The translations under genes and the position numbers were made by a program. The notes beneath the pieces are model-generated. The model was not told where the DNA came from, searched no databases, and was given only the letters and a program-made list of their open reading frames with translations. Shown in pieces: positions 35,264-45,862 of a stretch of 64,000 nucleotides of DNA. Location: NCBI GenBank assembly GCA_945787575.1, contig CALZKB010000016.1:1189-65188 (forward strand), given 5' to 3'. The first letter of the stretch is position 1. Every line of letters begins with the position of its first letter. Source of the stretch: Thermoanaerobaculia bacterium (GTDB lineage: Bacteria; Acidobacteriota; Thermoanaerobaculia; Multivoradales; JAHEKO01).

Positions 35264-37114
35264 ATGAACGACGATCCCGAACTCCTCGAAGAGCTCCCGC
35301 CGAGGGCGGTCTATGACGCCGAGCTATTTCGCCGGCTCCTGGGCTTCGCCTCGCCTTACCGGTCGCGAGCGCTGATCGCGGTGGGGCTGATCATCCTCTC
35401 TTCTTTGCTCCAGCTCGTCGGACCGCTCGCCACCGCCGTCGCCCTCGACCTGTTCATCCACCCCGACGGCTCGCGCTCCGCCGTCAGTCGTTGGGTCGAG
35501 CAAGGATGGCTCGCGCGGCACCCGGTGACCGCGGATCAGGGGCTCCTGCTGGTTGCCGGCGGCTACCTGGCGACCCTTCTGCTGGCGGCGCTCGTGCTGT
35601 TCGCCCAGGGCTACGTCATGCAGCTGATGGGGCAGCGGATCATGGCGGACTTGCGGATGAAGATCTTCGGGCGCTTGCAGTCGCTGTCGATCGAGTACTT
35701 CGACCGGCATCCGATCGGCCGTCTCGTTACCCGAGTGACCAACGACGTCGATTCCTTGAACGAGCTCTTTACCGCCGGCTTGGTGTCGATCTTCGGCGAC
35801 GTCGCCCTGCTCGGGGGTATCGCCGTCGTTCTCTTCTGGCTCGACTGGCGTCTGGCGGTAACGACGTTCGCGATTCTGCCGCTGCTGCTGGGGCTGACGA
35901 TCTGGTTCAAGGCGAGAGCGCGGCAGAGCTACCGCAAGGTCCGGGTCCGGCTCGCCCGGATCAACGCCTTCTTTCAGGAGCACCTCACCGGGATGAGCGT
36001 CGTCCAGCTCTTTGGCCGCCAGGCGGCCACTGCCCGGCGGTTCGGCACGATCAACGACGACCATCGGGAAGCGAATCTGGAGGCGATCTTCTATTACGCC
36101 GTCTACTATCCGATGGTCGAGCTGATCACGGCGCTCGGGATCGGACTGATCCTCTGGTACGGCGGCGGTCAGGTGATGGCGGGAGCGCTCTCACTCGGCG
36201 TGCTCGTCGCCTTCCTCCAGTACGCCCAGCGTTTCTACCAGCCGCTAGCCGATCTTTCCGAGAAGTACAACATCTTGCAGAGCGCGATGGCGAGCTCCGA
36301 GCGGGTCTTCGACCTCCTCGACAGCCGGCCGAAGGTGGAGAGCCCCGAGCGTGGCCTCCGGCCGGAGAAGATCGCCGGTCGAGTGGAGTTCGACGTCGTC
36401 GATTTTGCCTACCAGGAGGGCGAGCCGGTGCTCGAGGGAGTCTCTTTTGCTCTCGAGCCGGGGGAGACGGTGGCGATCGTCGGCCATACCGGCGCCGGAA
36501 AGAGCACGCTGGCGAATCTGCTGCTGCGCTTCTACGACGTCGATCGGGGGGTCGTGCGCCTCGACGGCGTCGACGTCAGGGAGTGGGACCTCGGAGCGCT
36601 GCGTTCGTCGGTCGGTCTCGTCTTGCAGGACGTCTTTCTCTTTTCGGGAACGATCGCCGAGAACATCCGTCTCGGCGATTCGTCGATCTCGCACGAAGAG
36701 GTGAAGGCGGCAGCCGGCGAGGTCGGTGCCGACCGCTTCATCCGCGCTCTTCGCGGCGGCTACGACTCGCCGGTGCACGAGCGGGGTGCGGGTCTGAGCG
36801 TCGGCCAGAAGCAGCTGGTGGCCTTCGCGCGGGCGCTCGCCTTCGATCCGCGGGTGCTGATCCTCGACGAGGCCACCTCGTCGATCGACACCGAGACCGA
36901 ACAGCTGATCCAGCTCGCCCTCGACCGCCTGCTGGTGGGCCGCACCAGCCTCGTCATCGCCCACCGGCTGTCGACGATTCAGCGAGCCGATCGCATCCTC
37001 GTGCTCCACAAGGGGCGGCTGCGCGAGCAAGGGACCCACGGCGAGCTGCTGGCGGCCCGCGGCATCTACCACCGGCTCTACCAGTTGCAGTATCGCGACG
37101 TAGCCGTCGCCTAA
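35264..37114 (+). CDS. ABC exporter, fused permease/ATP-binding protein (MsbA/type I exporter-like)
   Basis: Six-TM exporter domain, then GHTGAGKST, LSVGQKQL and ILILDEATS. Confidence 0.9.
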   Translation: MNDDPELLEELPPRAVYDAELFRRLLGFASPYRSRALIAVGLIILSSLLQLVGPLATAVALDLFIHPDGSRSAVSRWVEQGWLARHPVTADQGLLLVAGGYLATLLLAALVLFAQGYVMQLMGQRIMADLRMKIFGRLQSLSIEYFDRHPIGRLVTRVTNDVDSLNELFTAGLVSIFGDVALLGGIAVVLFWLDWRLAVTTFAILPLLLGLTIWFKARARQSYRKVRVRLARINAFFQEHLTGMSVVQLFGRQAATARRFGTINDDHREANLEAIFYYAVYYPMVELITALGIGLILWYGGGQVMAGALSLGVLVAFLQYAQRFYQPLADLSEKYNILQSAMASSERVFDLLDSRPKVESPERGLRPEKIAGRVEFDVVDFAYQEGEPVLEGVSFALEPGETVAIVGHTGAGKSTLANLLLRFYDVDRGVVRLDGVDVREWDLGALRSSVGLVLQDVFLFSGTIAENIRLGDSSISHEEVKAAAGEVGADRFIRALRGGYDSPVHERGAGLSVGQKQLVAFARALAFDPRVLILDEATSSIDTETEQLIQLALDRLLVGRTSLVIAHRLSTIQRADRILVLHKGRLREQGTHGELLAARGIYHRLYQLQYRDVAVA

Positions 37115-37662
37115 GAGGCCGAGGGCTCCGGCTCGGAGACGAAGGCCTCGACCTCGCCGAGGAGCGCCAGCAGCTCGTTGACTCGCGTCTGCCCCTCGCC
37201 CGCGGGATAGGTATAGGTGAGGATCAACAAGCGAGACTCGCCGCTCGGATGCAATCCGAAGATCCAGGTCTGCTCTTCGCGTTCGCCGCTCGCGGTGTCG
37301 TAGGCGCCGCGACAGTAGTAGGCGGGACCGAACGGAGTGCCGAGCTCGCGCGAGCCGTGGTACTCGCCCCCCTTCATCGCCCGGAAGGCGTCGCCGCGGC
37401 GGGTGACCTCGGCCTGCAGATTCAGTCCGTACTCCGGCTCTCCGACCGCGAAGGCGACGTTGCCGCCGGTAGGGTGGGTGGTGTCGAGCCGTAGATTCGC
37501 GCCGGCGTTCTCGCCGACGACGAACGGTTCCGGCACGCTCGCCAGCGTCAGGCCGAGCTCCGGACTCTCGACCCGGGTGGAGACCGGCTCCGGCTCCGGC
37601 GCCGGGGCCCGGCAGGCCGCGATGGCGAGGATCGCCATGCCGATCGTCAGGCGTCGTCGCAT
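37111..37662 (-). CDS. Lipoprotein, hypothetical
   Basis: Lipobox MAILAIAAC with a coherent 183-aa ORF. Convergent 4-nt overlap with the ABC exporter stop. Confidence 0.55.
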   Translation of the reverse strand: MRRRLTIGMAILAIAACRAPAPEPEPVSTRVESPELGLTLASVPEPFVVGENAGANLRLDTTHPTGGNVAFAVGEPEYGLNLQAEVTRRGDAFRAMKGGEYHGSRELGTPFGPAYYCRGAYDTASGEREEQTWIFGLHPSGESRLLILTYTYPAGEGQTRVNELLALLGEVEAFVSEPEPSAS

Positions 37663-37672
37663 CGCGTCCCCC

Positions 37673-39103
37673 TCAGGCGGCGAGCTCCTTGAGCTCCTTG
37701 ACCAGGTCCTGGAGGACCTTTTTGGCGTCGCCGAAGAGCATCATCGTGTTGTCGAGCTCGAAGAGAGTGTTCTTGATGCCGGCGTAACCGGCGCTGAGAC
37801 TCCGTTTGATGACGAAGACGCTGCGGCCCTCGGCGACCTTCAAGATCGGCATGCCGTAGATGGGGCTGGCAGGGTCGGATTCGGCAGCGGGGTTCACCAC
37901 GTCGTTGGCGCCGACGACCAGCACCACGTCGGTGGTCTTGAACTCCGGGTTGATGGTGTCCATCTCGAGCAGCAGCTCGTAGGGGACGTCCGCCTCCGCC
38001 AGGAGCACGTTCATGTGGCCAGGCATGCGGCCGGCGACCGGATGGATGGCGTAGCTGACCCGGATGCCCTGGGCGGTCAGCAGGTCGGCCATCTCGCGGA
38101 CGGTGTGCTGCGCCTGGGCAACGGCCAGTCCGTACCCCGGCACGACGACCACCGACTCGGCGTCCTCGAGCACCATCGCCGCCTCCTCGGCGCTGAACGA
38201 ACGCACGTTCCGGTACTCGGTGTCGCCGCCCTCGAGGTCGGTATCGCCGAAATCGGCGAAGAGCACGTGGCCGAGGGTCCGGTTCATCGCCTTGCACATG
38301 ACCTGGGTGAGGATCAGGCCCGAGGCGCCGACCAGGGCGCCGCTGATGATCAGCAGGTTGTTGTTGAGAACGAATCCGGTCGCCGCGGCGGCGACGCCGG
38401 AGAACGAGTTCAGCAGCGAGATCACGACCGGCATGTCGGCGCCGCCGATTGGCAGCACCAGGAGGATCCCGAAGACCAGGCCGACGGCCGCCAGGGCGAT
38501 GGCGCTCGCCGCGACGCCCTCCGGCGTAGCCGCGCCGAACGTGAGGTAGAGGCCGAGAGCGACGGCCACGAGGCTGGCCGTGCTGTTGATCACGTTGCGA
38601 GCGGCGAGCCAGCCCGGACGCCCGCGCAGCTTGCCGGAGAGCTTGGCGAAGGCGATGACGCTCCCCGACAGCGTCACCGTCCCGATGAGGACCGAGAGGA
38701 AGGCGGTGAGCGCGTTCGAGCCGCTCAGCACCGAGGCCGGCGTGCCCGGTCGGGACGGTTCGACGATCGCGGCCCAGAGAATCGCCAGGGCGACGAGCGC
38801 CGAGGCGCCGCCTCCGAAGCCGTTGAAGAGAGCGACGAGCTCGGGCATGGCGGTCATCTCGACGCGCAGCGCCGCGACCGCCCCGATGAGCCCGCCGACC
38901 ACCGCGCCGGCGATGATCCAGCGGTAATCGACGACCCCGATCTCGAGGAGGGTGGCGACGACCGCGAGCAGCATGGCGACCGCCGCCGTCGCGTTGCCGC
39001 GCCGCGCGGTGCGCACCTTGGTGAGGCCCTTGAGGCCGAGGATGAAGAGGACCGCCGAGATCAGGTAGAGGATCGGGACGCTCTGCTGAAGCCACGCGGT
39101 CAA
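37673..39103 (-). CDS. pntB: NAD(P) transhydrogenase subunit beta
   Basis: Polytopic N-terminus plus the C-terminal NADP(H)-binding domain (VVVPGYGLAVAQAQH ... AIHPVAGRMPGHMNVLLAEA ... VVGANDVVNP). Confidence 0.93.
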   Translation of the reverse strand: MTAWLQQSVPILYLISAVLFILGLKGLTKVRTARRGNATAAVAMLLAVVATLLEIGVVDYRWIIAGAVVGGLIGAVAALRVEMTAMPELVALFNGFGGGASALVALAILWAAIVEPSRPGTPASVLSGSNALTAFLSVLIGTVTLSGSVIAFAKLSGKLRGRPGWLAARNVINSTASLVAVALGLYLTFGAATPEGVAASAIALAAVGLVFGILLVLPIGGADMPVVISLLNSFSGVAAAATGFVLNNNLLIISGALVGASGLILTQVMCKAMNRTLGHVLFADFGDTDLEGGDTEYRNVRSFSAEEAAMVLEDAESVVVVPGYGLAVAQAQHTVREMADLLTAQGIRVSYAIHPVAGRMPGHMNVLLAEADVPYELLLEMDTINPEFKTTDVVLVVGANDVVNPAAESDPASPIYGMPILKVAEGRSVFVIKRSLSAGYAGIKNTLFELDNTMMLFGDAKKVLQDLVKELKELAA

Positions 39104-39390
39104 CGCTTGTCCCTCCGGCCGCCGAACATCCCGAGCATCCGATCGGTGACAAGGAAACCGCCGACGACGTTGATGGTTGCAAAGGCGATGGCCAGTGCGC
39201 CGAGAATGCTGGAGGCCTTCACGTCGCCGCCGCGGGCCACGATGATGGCGCCGACCAGGGTGATCCCCGACACCGCGTTGGCCCCCGACATGAGGGGGGT
39301 ATGCAGGGTGGGAGGAATCTTGGTGATGATCTCGAAGCCGACGAAAATGGCCAGCACGAACACGTACAAACCGATCAGCAATACGCCCAT
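39100..39390 (-). CDS. pntA: NAD(P) transhydrogenase subunit alpha, part 2 (membrane segment)
   Basis: 96 aa with three TM helices (TPLMSGANAVSGITLVGA). Start-stop overlaps with both neighbouring pnt genes. Confidence 0.85.
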   Translation of the reverse strand: MGVLLIGLYVFVLAIFVGFEIITKIPPTLHTPLMSGANAVSGITLVGAIIVARGGDVKASSILGALAIAFATINVVGGFLVTDRMLGMFGGRRDKR

Positions 39391-40562
39391 CAGGATGGTT
39401 CCTCCGCGGACCGCTCCGCTCCGGCCTCCTCGGCCACCCGCGGATTCACGATCTTGCCTTCATGGGTGAGCAGTGCCGCGCCGGTGATCTCGTCCTCCGG
39501 ATCGATCACCACGCCGTCTTCGCCGCGGAGATGCTCCATGAGAGCGAGGAGGTTGCGGGCGTACACCCGGCTGGCGTCGAGCGGCACGGTGGCGGGCAGG
39601 TTGATCGGGCCCAGGATGAGCACCCCGCCAGAGACGACCTCGCGCCCGGCCTCGGTGAGCTCGCAGTTGCCTCCCTGCTCGGCGGCGAGGTCGACGATGA
39701 TCGCTCCCGGCTTCATCACCGAGACCATCTCGCTGCTGAGCAGAATGGGTGCCCGCTTGCCCGGGACCTGGGCGGTCGTGATGACGGCGTGCGCACTCTT
39801 GAGGTGATGGGTGAGGATCTCGCGCTGCCGGCGGAGGAAGTCCTCGCCGACCGCCTTGGCGTAACCGCCCTCGCCCTCGCCGCTCTCCATCTCAGGCAGA
39901 TCGATGAACCGCCCGCCGAGGGACTCGACCTGCTCCTTGACGTCGGGACGGATGTCCGACACCTCGACGATGGCGCCGAGCCGTTTGGCGGTCGCTAGCG
40001 CTTGGAGCCCAGCGACGCCGCCGCCGAGGATGACGAATCGGGACGGCCGGATCGTGCCGGCGGCGGTCATCAACATCGGAACGTAACGCGCCAGCCGGTT
40101 GGCGGCGAGGAGCACGGCCTTGTAGCCGCCGACGTTGGCCTGAGACGAGAGGGCGTCCATGCCCTGGGCGCGAGTGATCCGCGGGATCAGCTCCATGGCG
40201 ATCGACGTGACGCCGCGCTCGGCCAGGCGGCGAACCCGGGCGAGATCGGCATGAGGGGCCAGCAGCCCGATGACGATAGCGCCGGGACCGAGCCGAGCGA
40301 TCTCGTCGTCCTCCTCGTCATGGGCGTCCGGCGGAGCGACCTTGAGCACGACCTCGGCACCGCTCCAAGCGTCATCGCCGGGCGGGACGATTCGGGCTCC
40401 CGCCTCTTCGTACTCGGCGTCGGAGCAGAGCGAGTCGTGGCCGGCGCCCTGTTCGACCATGACGTCGAAACCGAGCTCCTTGAGCTTGGCGACGGTTTCC
40501 GGGGTGGCGGCCACCCGCTGCTCGTGGGCGCGCCGCTCCTTGGGGACGAAGAGTCGAGTCAT
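39390..40562 (-). CDS. pntA: NAD(P) transhydrogenase subunit alpha, part 1 (alanine dehydrogenase-like dI)
   Basis: MTRLFVPKERRAHEQRVA ... ILGGGVAGLQALATAKRLGA. Start placed at ATG 40562 rather than the track's upstream 40625. Confidence 0.92.
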   Translation of the reverse strand: MTRLFVPKERRAHEQRVAATPETVAKLKELGFDVMVEQGAGHDSLCSDAEYEEAGARIVPPGDDAWSGAEVVLKVAPPDAHDEEDDEIARLGPGAIVIGLLAPHADLARVRRLAERGVTSIAMELIPRITRAQGMDALSSQANVGGYKAVLLAANRLARYVPMLMTAAGTIRPSRFVILGGGVAGLQALATAKRLGAIVEVSDIRPDVKEQVESLGGRFIDLPEMESGEGEGGYAKAVGEDFLRRQREILTHHLKSAHAVITTAQVPGKRAPILLSSEMVSVMKPGAIIVDLAAEQGGNCELTEAGREVVSGGVLILGPINLPATVPLDASRVYARNLLALMEHLRGEDGVVIDPEDEITGAALLTHEGKIVNPRVAEEAGAERSAEEPS

Positions 40563-40663
40563 AGCGAAGTCTGAGCTCAAGAAATGAGGAGTCTGGGGTC
40601 GAGAGAGAGGGGGTGCTCGCGGCAATGAGAATCGTAACGCATTGAGCGCTACGATAGGTAACC

Positions 40664-41311
40664 GTGAGCGGGCGATTCATCACCTTCGAGGGGCCGGACG
40701 GAAGCGGCAAGAGCACCCATTTCACGAGAGCCGCGGACTGGCTGCGTGACCGCGGCATCGACGTCGTCTGCTCGCATGAGCCGGGAGGGACGGCCCTCGG
40801 TCGGGCGATGCGGCAGGTCTTCCTGGAGTCGCCGTGGGACGCGCCCGACGGCAGCGTCGAAGCGCTTCTCTTGTTTGCCGCCCGCCGGCAACATCTCCGG
40901 GAGCTGATCGAACCGGCTCTCGCCGAGGGTCGCTGGGTGCTGTGCGATCGCTTCACCGATTCGACCTTGGCCTACCAGGGCGCGGGGCGCGGAGTTCCGA
41001 TCGAGCGGCTGCGCGAGCTGGATCGGTGGGCGACGGGGAGCCGGCAACCATACCTGACACTGCTGTTCGACCTGCCGCCGGACAAGGCGCGCCGGCGGGG
41101 CCAGTCCGATCGACGGAGAAAGAGCGTCGAGGGGGTGAATCGGCTCGACGTGGAGGATCTCGCCTTCTACGAGAGGGTGCGCGAAGGCTTCCTCTCGCTG
41201 GCTCGCGCCGAGCCCGACCGCTTCCGGGTCATCGACTCGAGCGCCTCCGTGGAGGAGACCGCCGCCCAGGTCGAAGCGGTGCTCATCGAGCTGACCGCGG
41301 CGCGCGTATGA
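40664..41311 (+). CDS. tmk: dTMP (thymidylate) kinase
   Basis: FITFEGPDGSGKST P-loop and DRFTDSTLAYQG. Confidence 0.93.
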   Translation: MSGRFITFEGPDGSGKSTHFTRAADWLRDRGIDVVCSHEPGGTALGRAMRQVFLESPWDAPDGSVEALLLFAARRQHLRELIEPALAEGRWVLCDRFTDSTLAYQGAGRGVPIERLRELDRWATGSRQPYLTLLFDLPPDKARRRGQSDRRRKSVEGVNRLDVEDLAFYERVREGFLSLARAEPDRFRVIDSSASVEETAAQVEAVLIELTAARV

Positions 41312-42138
41312 ACCTCGTCGCCGCGCGCCGGATGGCGAGATCGGGCCGGCTCTATCCATCGGTGATCCTCCATGGCGCGACCTCGCAGGCTCGCCAAGCG
41401 GCCGCCCTCGAGCTGGCTCGCCTGCTGTTGTGCGAGAGACCCGAGGAAGACCTCGACGGCAGTTGCCGGCACTGTCACCGGATCGCGTGGCCGGGCGAGA
41501 ACGAGCGGTTCCATCCGGACTTCCAAGTGCTCGAGCGCGACCTCAAGACCGCGACCTCGGTCGAAGCCACCAGGGAGTTTCTGTTGAAGGCCCAGGTCGC
41601 GCCGTTCGAGGCGGGCGGCCAGGTCTTCGTCGTAGCGGCGGCCGACAGCTTGAGCGGCGAAGCGGCCAACGCCCTGCTCAAGACTCTCGAAGAGCCGCAC
41701 CTCACGTCGCCGCGCCACTTCTTCCTGTTGACGCCTTCGCAGGCCGACCTGTTACCGACCCTGCGGAGCCGGTCGCTGACGGTCTACCTGGGCGCCGCCG
41801 ACCGCCACGCTCCGCAGGAGGTCGATTCACGGGCCGGCGCCTTTTCCGAGGCGCTCGAGACCTTCGCAAGATCGGGAGCCTCGGTCGATCTGTTGGCGGC
41901 GGCATCCGCCCTGCTCGGCGACGGCAGCGACTGGAAAGACCCTCGGGACGGCGCGCCGTGGACGCTGGCCGCCGCCGCCGTCCGGCGAGCCGTCGACGAT
42001 GCGCCGTCCGGGGTACCCGCGGGCGAGCTGCTGGCCCTCGCCGCGGACCTGCTCGACGGGCCTCGTCTCCGGCTGCGGGGCCTCAGCGCCAAGCGGATCG
42101 TCGAGGGCCTCGTCGTCGAACGCCTGGCGATCGGTTGA
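41308..42138 (+). CDS. holB: DNA polymerase III subunit delta' (HolB-like)
   Basis: ATGA overlap with tmk. YPSVILHG ... ELARLLLCE ... CRHCHRI zinc-module remnant, and EAANALLKTLEEP. The tmk-holB synteny is classical. Confidence 0.8.
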   Translation: MNLVAARRMARSGRLYPSVILHGATSQARQAAALELARLLLCERPEEDLDGSCRHCHRIAWPGENERFHPDFQVLERDLKTATSVEATREFLLKAQVAPFEAGGQVFVVAAADSLSGEAANALLKTLEEPHLTSPRHFFLLTPSQADLLPTLRSRSLTVYLGAADRHAPQEVDSRAGAFSEALETFARSGASVDLLAAASALLGDGSDWKDPRDGAPWTLAAAAVRRAVDDAPSGVPAGELLALAADLLDGPRLRLRGLSAKRIVEGLVVERLAIG

Positions 42139-42247
42139 GCAGCGGGCCGGCCGCCGGCGGGCCGGTGGCGCTGTGATGCTCGGCGGGCTATCATCGGTGC
42201 TCTTTCGCGGCCGTTCGGGCCGACACTTCCACTCCAAGGAGCGCACC

Positions 42248-43246
42248 ATGTCTTCATCCAGTCGTGACCGAATCGTCCCCTGGGCACTCTTCCTCGGGGT
42301 TTTTGCGTCGATCCTCGTCCTTGCATTCTGGGGCTTGGGAAGGCGCGCCGTTCATGCCGAGAAAGCGGTGGCCGGCGAGATGAAGGAGGGGGTCCTCGCC
42401 AAGGTCGGCGATACCGAGGTGCTCGCCACCGAGGTCGAAGCCAAGGTGTCGGCCGATCTCATGCGGATCAAGCGCGAGCGCCACGAGGCGATGGCGAAGG
42501 GGCTCGAGACGGTCGTGCGCGAGCGCCTCTTCGAGCTCGAGGCATCGAGCCGCGGGATCACCGTGGACGAGCTCCTCGAGGCCGAGGTGGGCTCCAAAGT
42601 GGCTGCCGTCGACGACGCCCAGGTCGACGCGTTCCAGGGCGCCGCGCTCTCGGAGACGCTGATCGGGACCCTCAGGACCAAGTACGCGGTCGAGAGTTTC
42701 CTCGAGCCACTCCGAATCGGCGTCGCCAGCGAGGGCTTCCCGCAGAAGGGCAACGCCGACGCTCCGGTGACGATCGTCGAGTTCTCCGATTTCGAGTGCC
42801 CGTACTGCTCGCGCGTGCTGCCGTCGCTGCGGCAGGTGATGGACGAGTACAGCGACAGCGTTCGCGTCGTCTTCCGCCAGTTCCCGCTCAACAGTATCCA
42901 CCCGCGCGCCCAGAAGGCGGCGGAGGCCTCTTTGTGCGCCAACGAGCAAGGCAAGTTCTGGGAGATCCACGACGCCATGTTCGAGGAGCAGAAGAGCCTG
43001 GCGGTCGACCAGCTCAAGGAGAAGGCGGCACGGCTCGGTCTCGACACCGAGGCCTTCGACAGCTGCCTCGACCAAGGCCGATTCTCGGAGCAGGTCGCCA
43101 CGGATATTCGCGACGGCTCGGCGGTCGGGGTCAGCGGCACGCCGGCCTTCTTCATCAACGGCCGCTTCGTCAACGGCGCCGTCCCCTACGAGACTCTCGC
43201 CGCGATCGTCGACGAGGAGCTCGAGCGGGCCGCTTCCGATAGCTGA
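42248..43246 (+). CDS. DsbA-family thiol:disulfide oxidoreductase with N-terminal membrane anchor
   Basis: TM anchor (PWALFLGVFASILVLAFWGL), FSDFECPYC active site and VSGTPAFFINGR. AAGGAG lies 6 nt upstream of ATG 42248. Confidence 0.8.
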   Translation: MSSSSRDRIVPWALFLGVFASILVLAFWGLGRRAVHAEKAVAGEMKEGVLAKVGDTEVLATEVEAKVSADLMRIKRERHEAMAKGLETVVRERLFELEASSRGITVDELLEAEVGSKVAAVDDAQVDAFQGAALSETLIGTLRTKYAVESFLEPLRIGVASEGFPQKGNADAPVTIVEFSDFECPYCSRVLPSLRQVMDEYSDSVRVVFRQFPLNSIHPRAQKAAEASLCANEQGKFWEIHDAMFEEQKSLAVDQLKEKAARLGLDTEAFDSCLDQGRFSEQVATDIRDGSAVGVSGTPAFFINGRFVNGAVPYETLAAIVDEELERAASDS

Positions 43247-43260
43247 ATCCCACGGAATCG

Positions 43261-44694
43261 ATGCCCGGCGACATTCCTGACGAAGAGCTGCGCCGGGCCC
43301 TGCATCGGGCTGCCGACCTCATCGCCGACTACGTCGGTGGGGTCGGCGACCGGGCGGTGCTACCGCCGATCGCGCCGGGAGAGGTGATCGCTTCGCTCCC
43401 GGCGCGACCACCGAAGACCGCAGAGCCGCTCGAGTCGATTCTCGACGACTACGAGCGACTCATCGAGCCGAACGTCGGCCACTGGAACCACCCGGGATTC
43501 ATGGCCTACTTCGCGATCAGCGGCTCGGGACCCGGCATCGTCGGCGAGGCGTTGACCGCGGCCCTCAACGTCAACGCCATGCTGTGGCGCTCGGCGCCGG
43601 CGGCGACCGAGCTCGAGCTGCTCGTCTGCGACTGGCTGCGCGAGATGGTCGGACTACCGTCCGATTTTCGCGGCCACATCAACGACACGGCGTCGATCTC
43701 GACGTTGCTGGCGCTCGCCGCCGCCCGGCACGCACAGACCGATCTCGATATCCGCCGGCTCGGTCTCGCTGGACGTGCGGAAGTGCCGCGGCTCGCCGTC
43801 TACTGCTCGGACCAGGCGCATTCGTCGGTCGACAAGGCGATGATGGCGCTCGGCCTCGGGCATGACAACCTGCGTCGAATCGGCACCGACGCCGAGTTCC
43901 GGATGCGCCCGGAGCTGTTGGCCGAGGCGATCGAGGGTGACCTCGCCGCGGGGCTCAGACCGATTTCGGTCGTCGCCACCGTCGGCACGACCTCGACCAC
44001 CAGCGTCGACCCGGTGCCCGCGATCGCCGACCTCTGCCGCGAGCACCGCTCGTGGCTCCACATCGACGCCGCCTACGCGGGCAGCGCGGCGATCTGTCCA
44101 GAGCTGCGCCCGCACTTCGCCGGATGGGAACGCGCCGACTCGATCGTCTTCAACCCCCACAAATGGCTGTTCACGCCGCTCGACTGCTCGCTGCTCTACG
44201 TGCGCGATCTCGACCAGCTCCGCTCGACGTTCTCCCTCGTCCCCGAGTATCTCAAGACAGGAGATTCCGCCGACATCAACTTGATGGACCTCGGCGTGCA
44301 GCTCGGGCGCCGCTTCCGGGCGCTCAAGCTCTGGATGGTGATCCGCGGTTTCGGCGTGGAGGGGCTTCAGGAGCGGATTCGTGAGCATCTTCGCCTCGCG
44401 CGGAAGCTCGCCTCCTGGATCGAAGCCGATCCCAGCTTCGAGCTTTGCGCTCCGGTGCCGTTCTCACTGGTCTGCTTCCGATGGTGCCCGGCCGGGGTCG
44501 AAGAGAGCGAGCTTGACGTCTCGAACGCTCGATTGATCGAGGCGGTGAACGCCCGCGGCCCGGTGTTCATTTCCCACACCGAGCTCGACGGGCGCTACGT
44601 GCTGAGGGCAGCGATCGGCAACATCCGGGTGACCGAAGAGCACATTCGCCGGCTCTGGCGATCGGTTCGAGAAGAGAGCGCGGCTCTCGAATAG
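43261..44694 (+). CDS. Pyridoxal-phosphate-dependent (group II, aromatic-L-amino-acid type) decarboxylase
   Basis: HPGFMAYF, TTSTTSVDP, HIDAAYAG and the PLP-lysine motif FNPHKWL. Confidence 0.88.
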   Translation: MPGDIPDEELRRALHRAADLIADYVGGVGDRAVLPPIAPGEVIASLPARPPKTAEPLESILDDYERLIEPNVGHWNHPGFMAYFAISGSGPGIVGEALTAALNVNAMLWRSAPAATELELLVCDWLREMVGLPSDFRGHINDTASISTLLALAAARHAQTDLDIRRLGLAGRAEVPRLAVYCSDQAHSSVDKAMMALGLGHDNLRRIGTDAEFRMRPELLAEAIEGDLAAGLRPISVVATVGTTSTTSVDPVPAIADLCREHRSWLHIDAAYAGSAAICPELRPHFAGWERADSIVFNPHKWLFTPLDCSLLYVRDLDQLRSTFSLVPEYLKTGDSADINLMDLGVQLGRRFRALKLWMVIRGFGVEGLQERIREHLRLARKLASWIEADPSFELCAPVPFSLVCFRWCPAGVEESELDVSNARLIEAVNARGPVFISHTELDGRYVLRAAIGNIRVTEEHIRRLWRSVREESAALE

Positions 44695-44812
44695 CATTCG
44701 CTCGCGGAGCCCTTGGCGCGACCGGTGCGTTCTCCCACGCGGACTCGGCCGGCCGGGCGGGTGAGCCCTGATACTCTCCGGCCCTCGACCAGCCTGGGAG
44801 TCGACGAAGACG

Positions 44813-45859
44813 ATGCAAGCACTGATTCTGGCGGGCGGTAGCGGCACCCGATTCTGGCCGCTGAGCCGCCACTCGTTCCCCAAGCAGTTCCTCTCCCTGA
44901 AGGGCGATCGCAGCCTCTTGCAGGCGACGGTGGACCGGCAACGACCGTTGATCGAGCCGGACGACGTCTGGATCTCGACCACGGAAGCGCTGGCCGAGCA
45001 GGTTCGCAGTCAGCTTTCCGAGGTGCCGGCCGACCAAGTGCTCGCCGAGCCGACGGCCCGCAACACCGCTCCGGCGATCGGCTGGGCACTCGGGGTCATG
45101 CCGCGGACGGTGCGGGAAGGAGTCGTCGCGGTCCTCCCGGCCGACCACCGAATGGAGGATTCGGCAGGCTTCCGGACCGTTCTCGAGCGCGCCGGCCGCG
45201 CGGTCGAGAACGCCGACCGCGTTATGACCCTCGGCGTCACGCCGAACCGGGTGGAGACCGGCTACGGGTACCTCGAGCTGGGGGAGCCGCTGCTCGGCGA
45301 GCCCGATCTGCGCCGGGTGAAGCGCTTTACCGAGAAGCCGAACCTCGAGACCGCCGGGACGTTCGTCGAGTCCGGCAACTACCTGTGGAACGCCGGCATC
45401 TTCGTCTTTCGCGGCACCTCACTGCTCGATCATCTCACCAGGCTCGAGCCCGAGGTCGGCGAAGGTCTGGCCGCGATTCGCGCCGATCCCGGACGCACCG
45501 CTGAGCTCTACGCCGCACTGCCGGCGACTTCGATCGACTACGCCGTCATGGAACGACTCGACGACCTCGCGACCTTGCCGCTCGACTGCGGCTGGAGCGA
45601 CCTCGGCTCTTGGGCGGCACTCGCCGAGATCCTCTCCCCGGATGGCCCTGGCAACGCGAGTCGCGGCGACGTGCTGGCGATCGACTCCGCCGACAACCTG
45701 CTGTGGGCGGAATCGGGACAGATCGCGGTTGCCGGGGTCACCGGCCTCGTCGTCGTTCGAACGGCCGAGACCGTGCTGGTGGTCCCCAAAGAGCGGGCTC
45801 AAGAGGTCAAGAGAATCGTCGCCGCGCTCCGCAGATACGGGCGTGACGACCTCCTGTGA
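44813..45859 (+). CDS. manC: Mannose-1-phosphate guanylyltransferase
   Basis: LILAGGSGTRFWPLSR, ARNTAPAI, GYGYLE and YLWNAGIFVF. Confidence 0.88.
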   Translation: MQALILAGGSGTRFWPLSRHSFPKQFLSLKGDRSLLQATVDRQRPLIEPDDVWISTTEALAEQVRSQLSEVPADQVLAEPTARNTAPAIGWALGVMPRTVREGVVAVLPADHRMEDSAGFRTVLERAGRAVENADRVMTLGVTPNRVETGYGYLELGEPLLGEPDLRRVKRFTEKPNLETAGTFVESGNYLWNAGIFVFRGTSLLDHLTRLEPEVGEGLAAIRADPGRTAELYAALPATSIDYAVMERLDDLATLPLDCGWSDLGSWAALAEILSPDGPGNASRGDVLAIDSADNLLWAESGQIAVAGVTGLVVVRTAETVLVVPKERAQEVKRIVAALRRYGRDDLL

Positions 45860-45862
45860 GGG

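Noticed and set aside
35491-37494. 667-aa alternate-frame ORF inside the ABC exporter gene.
   Set aside because: The 35264..37114 frame contains the Walker A, signature and Walker B motifs and six TM helices. The alternate frame is Arg/Pro/Gly junk.
37337-39469. 710-aa plus-strand ORF.
   Set aside because: It is antisense to the lipoprotein, pntB and pntA-part-2 genes, all of which have unambiguous motifs. The product is low-complexity Arg/Asp/Gly-rich.
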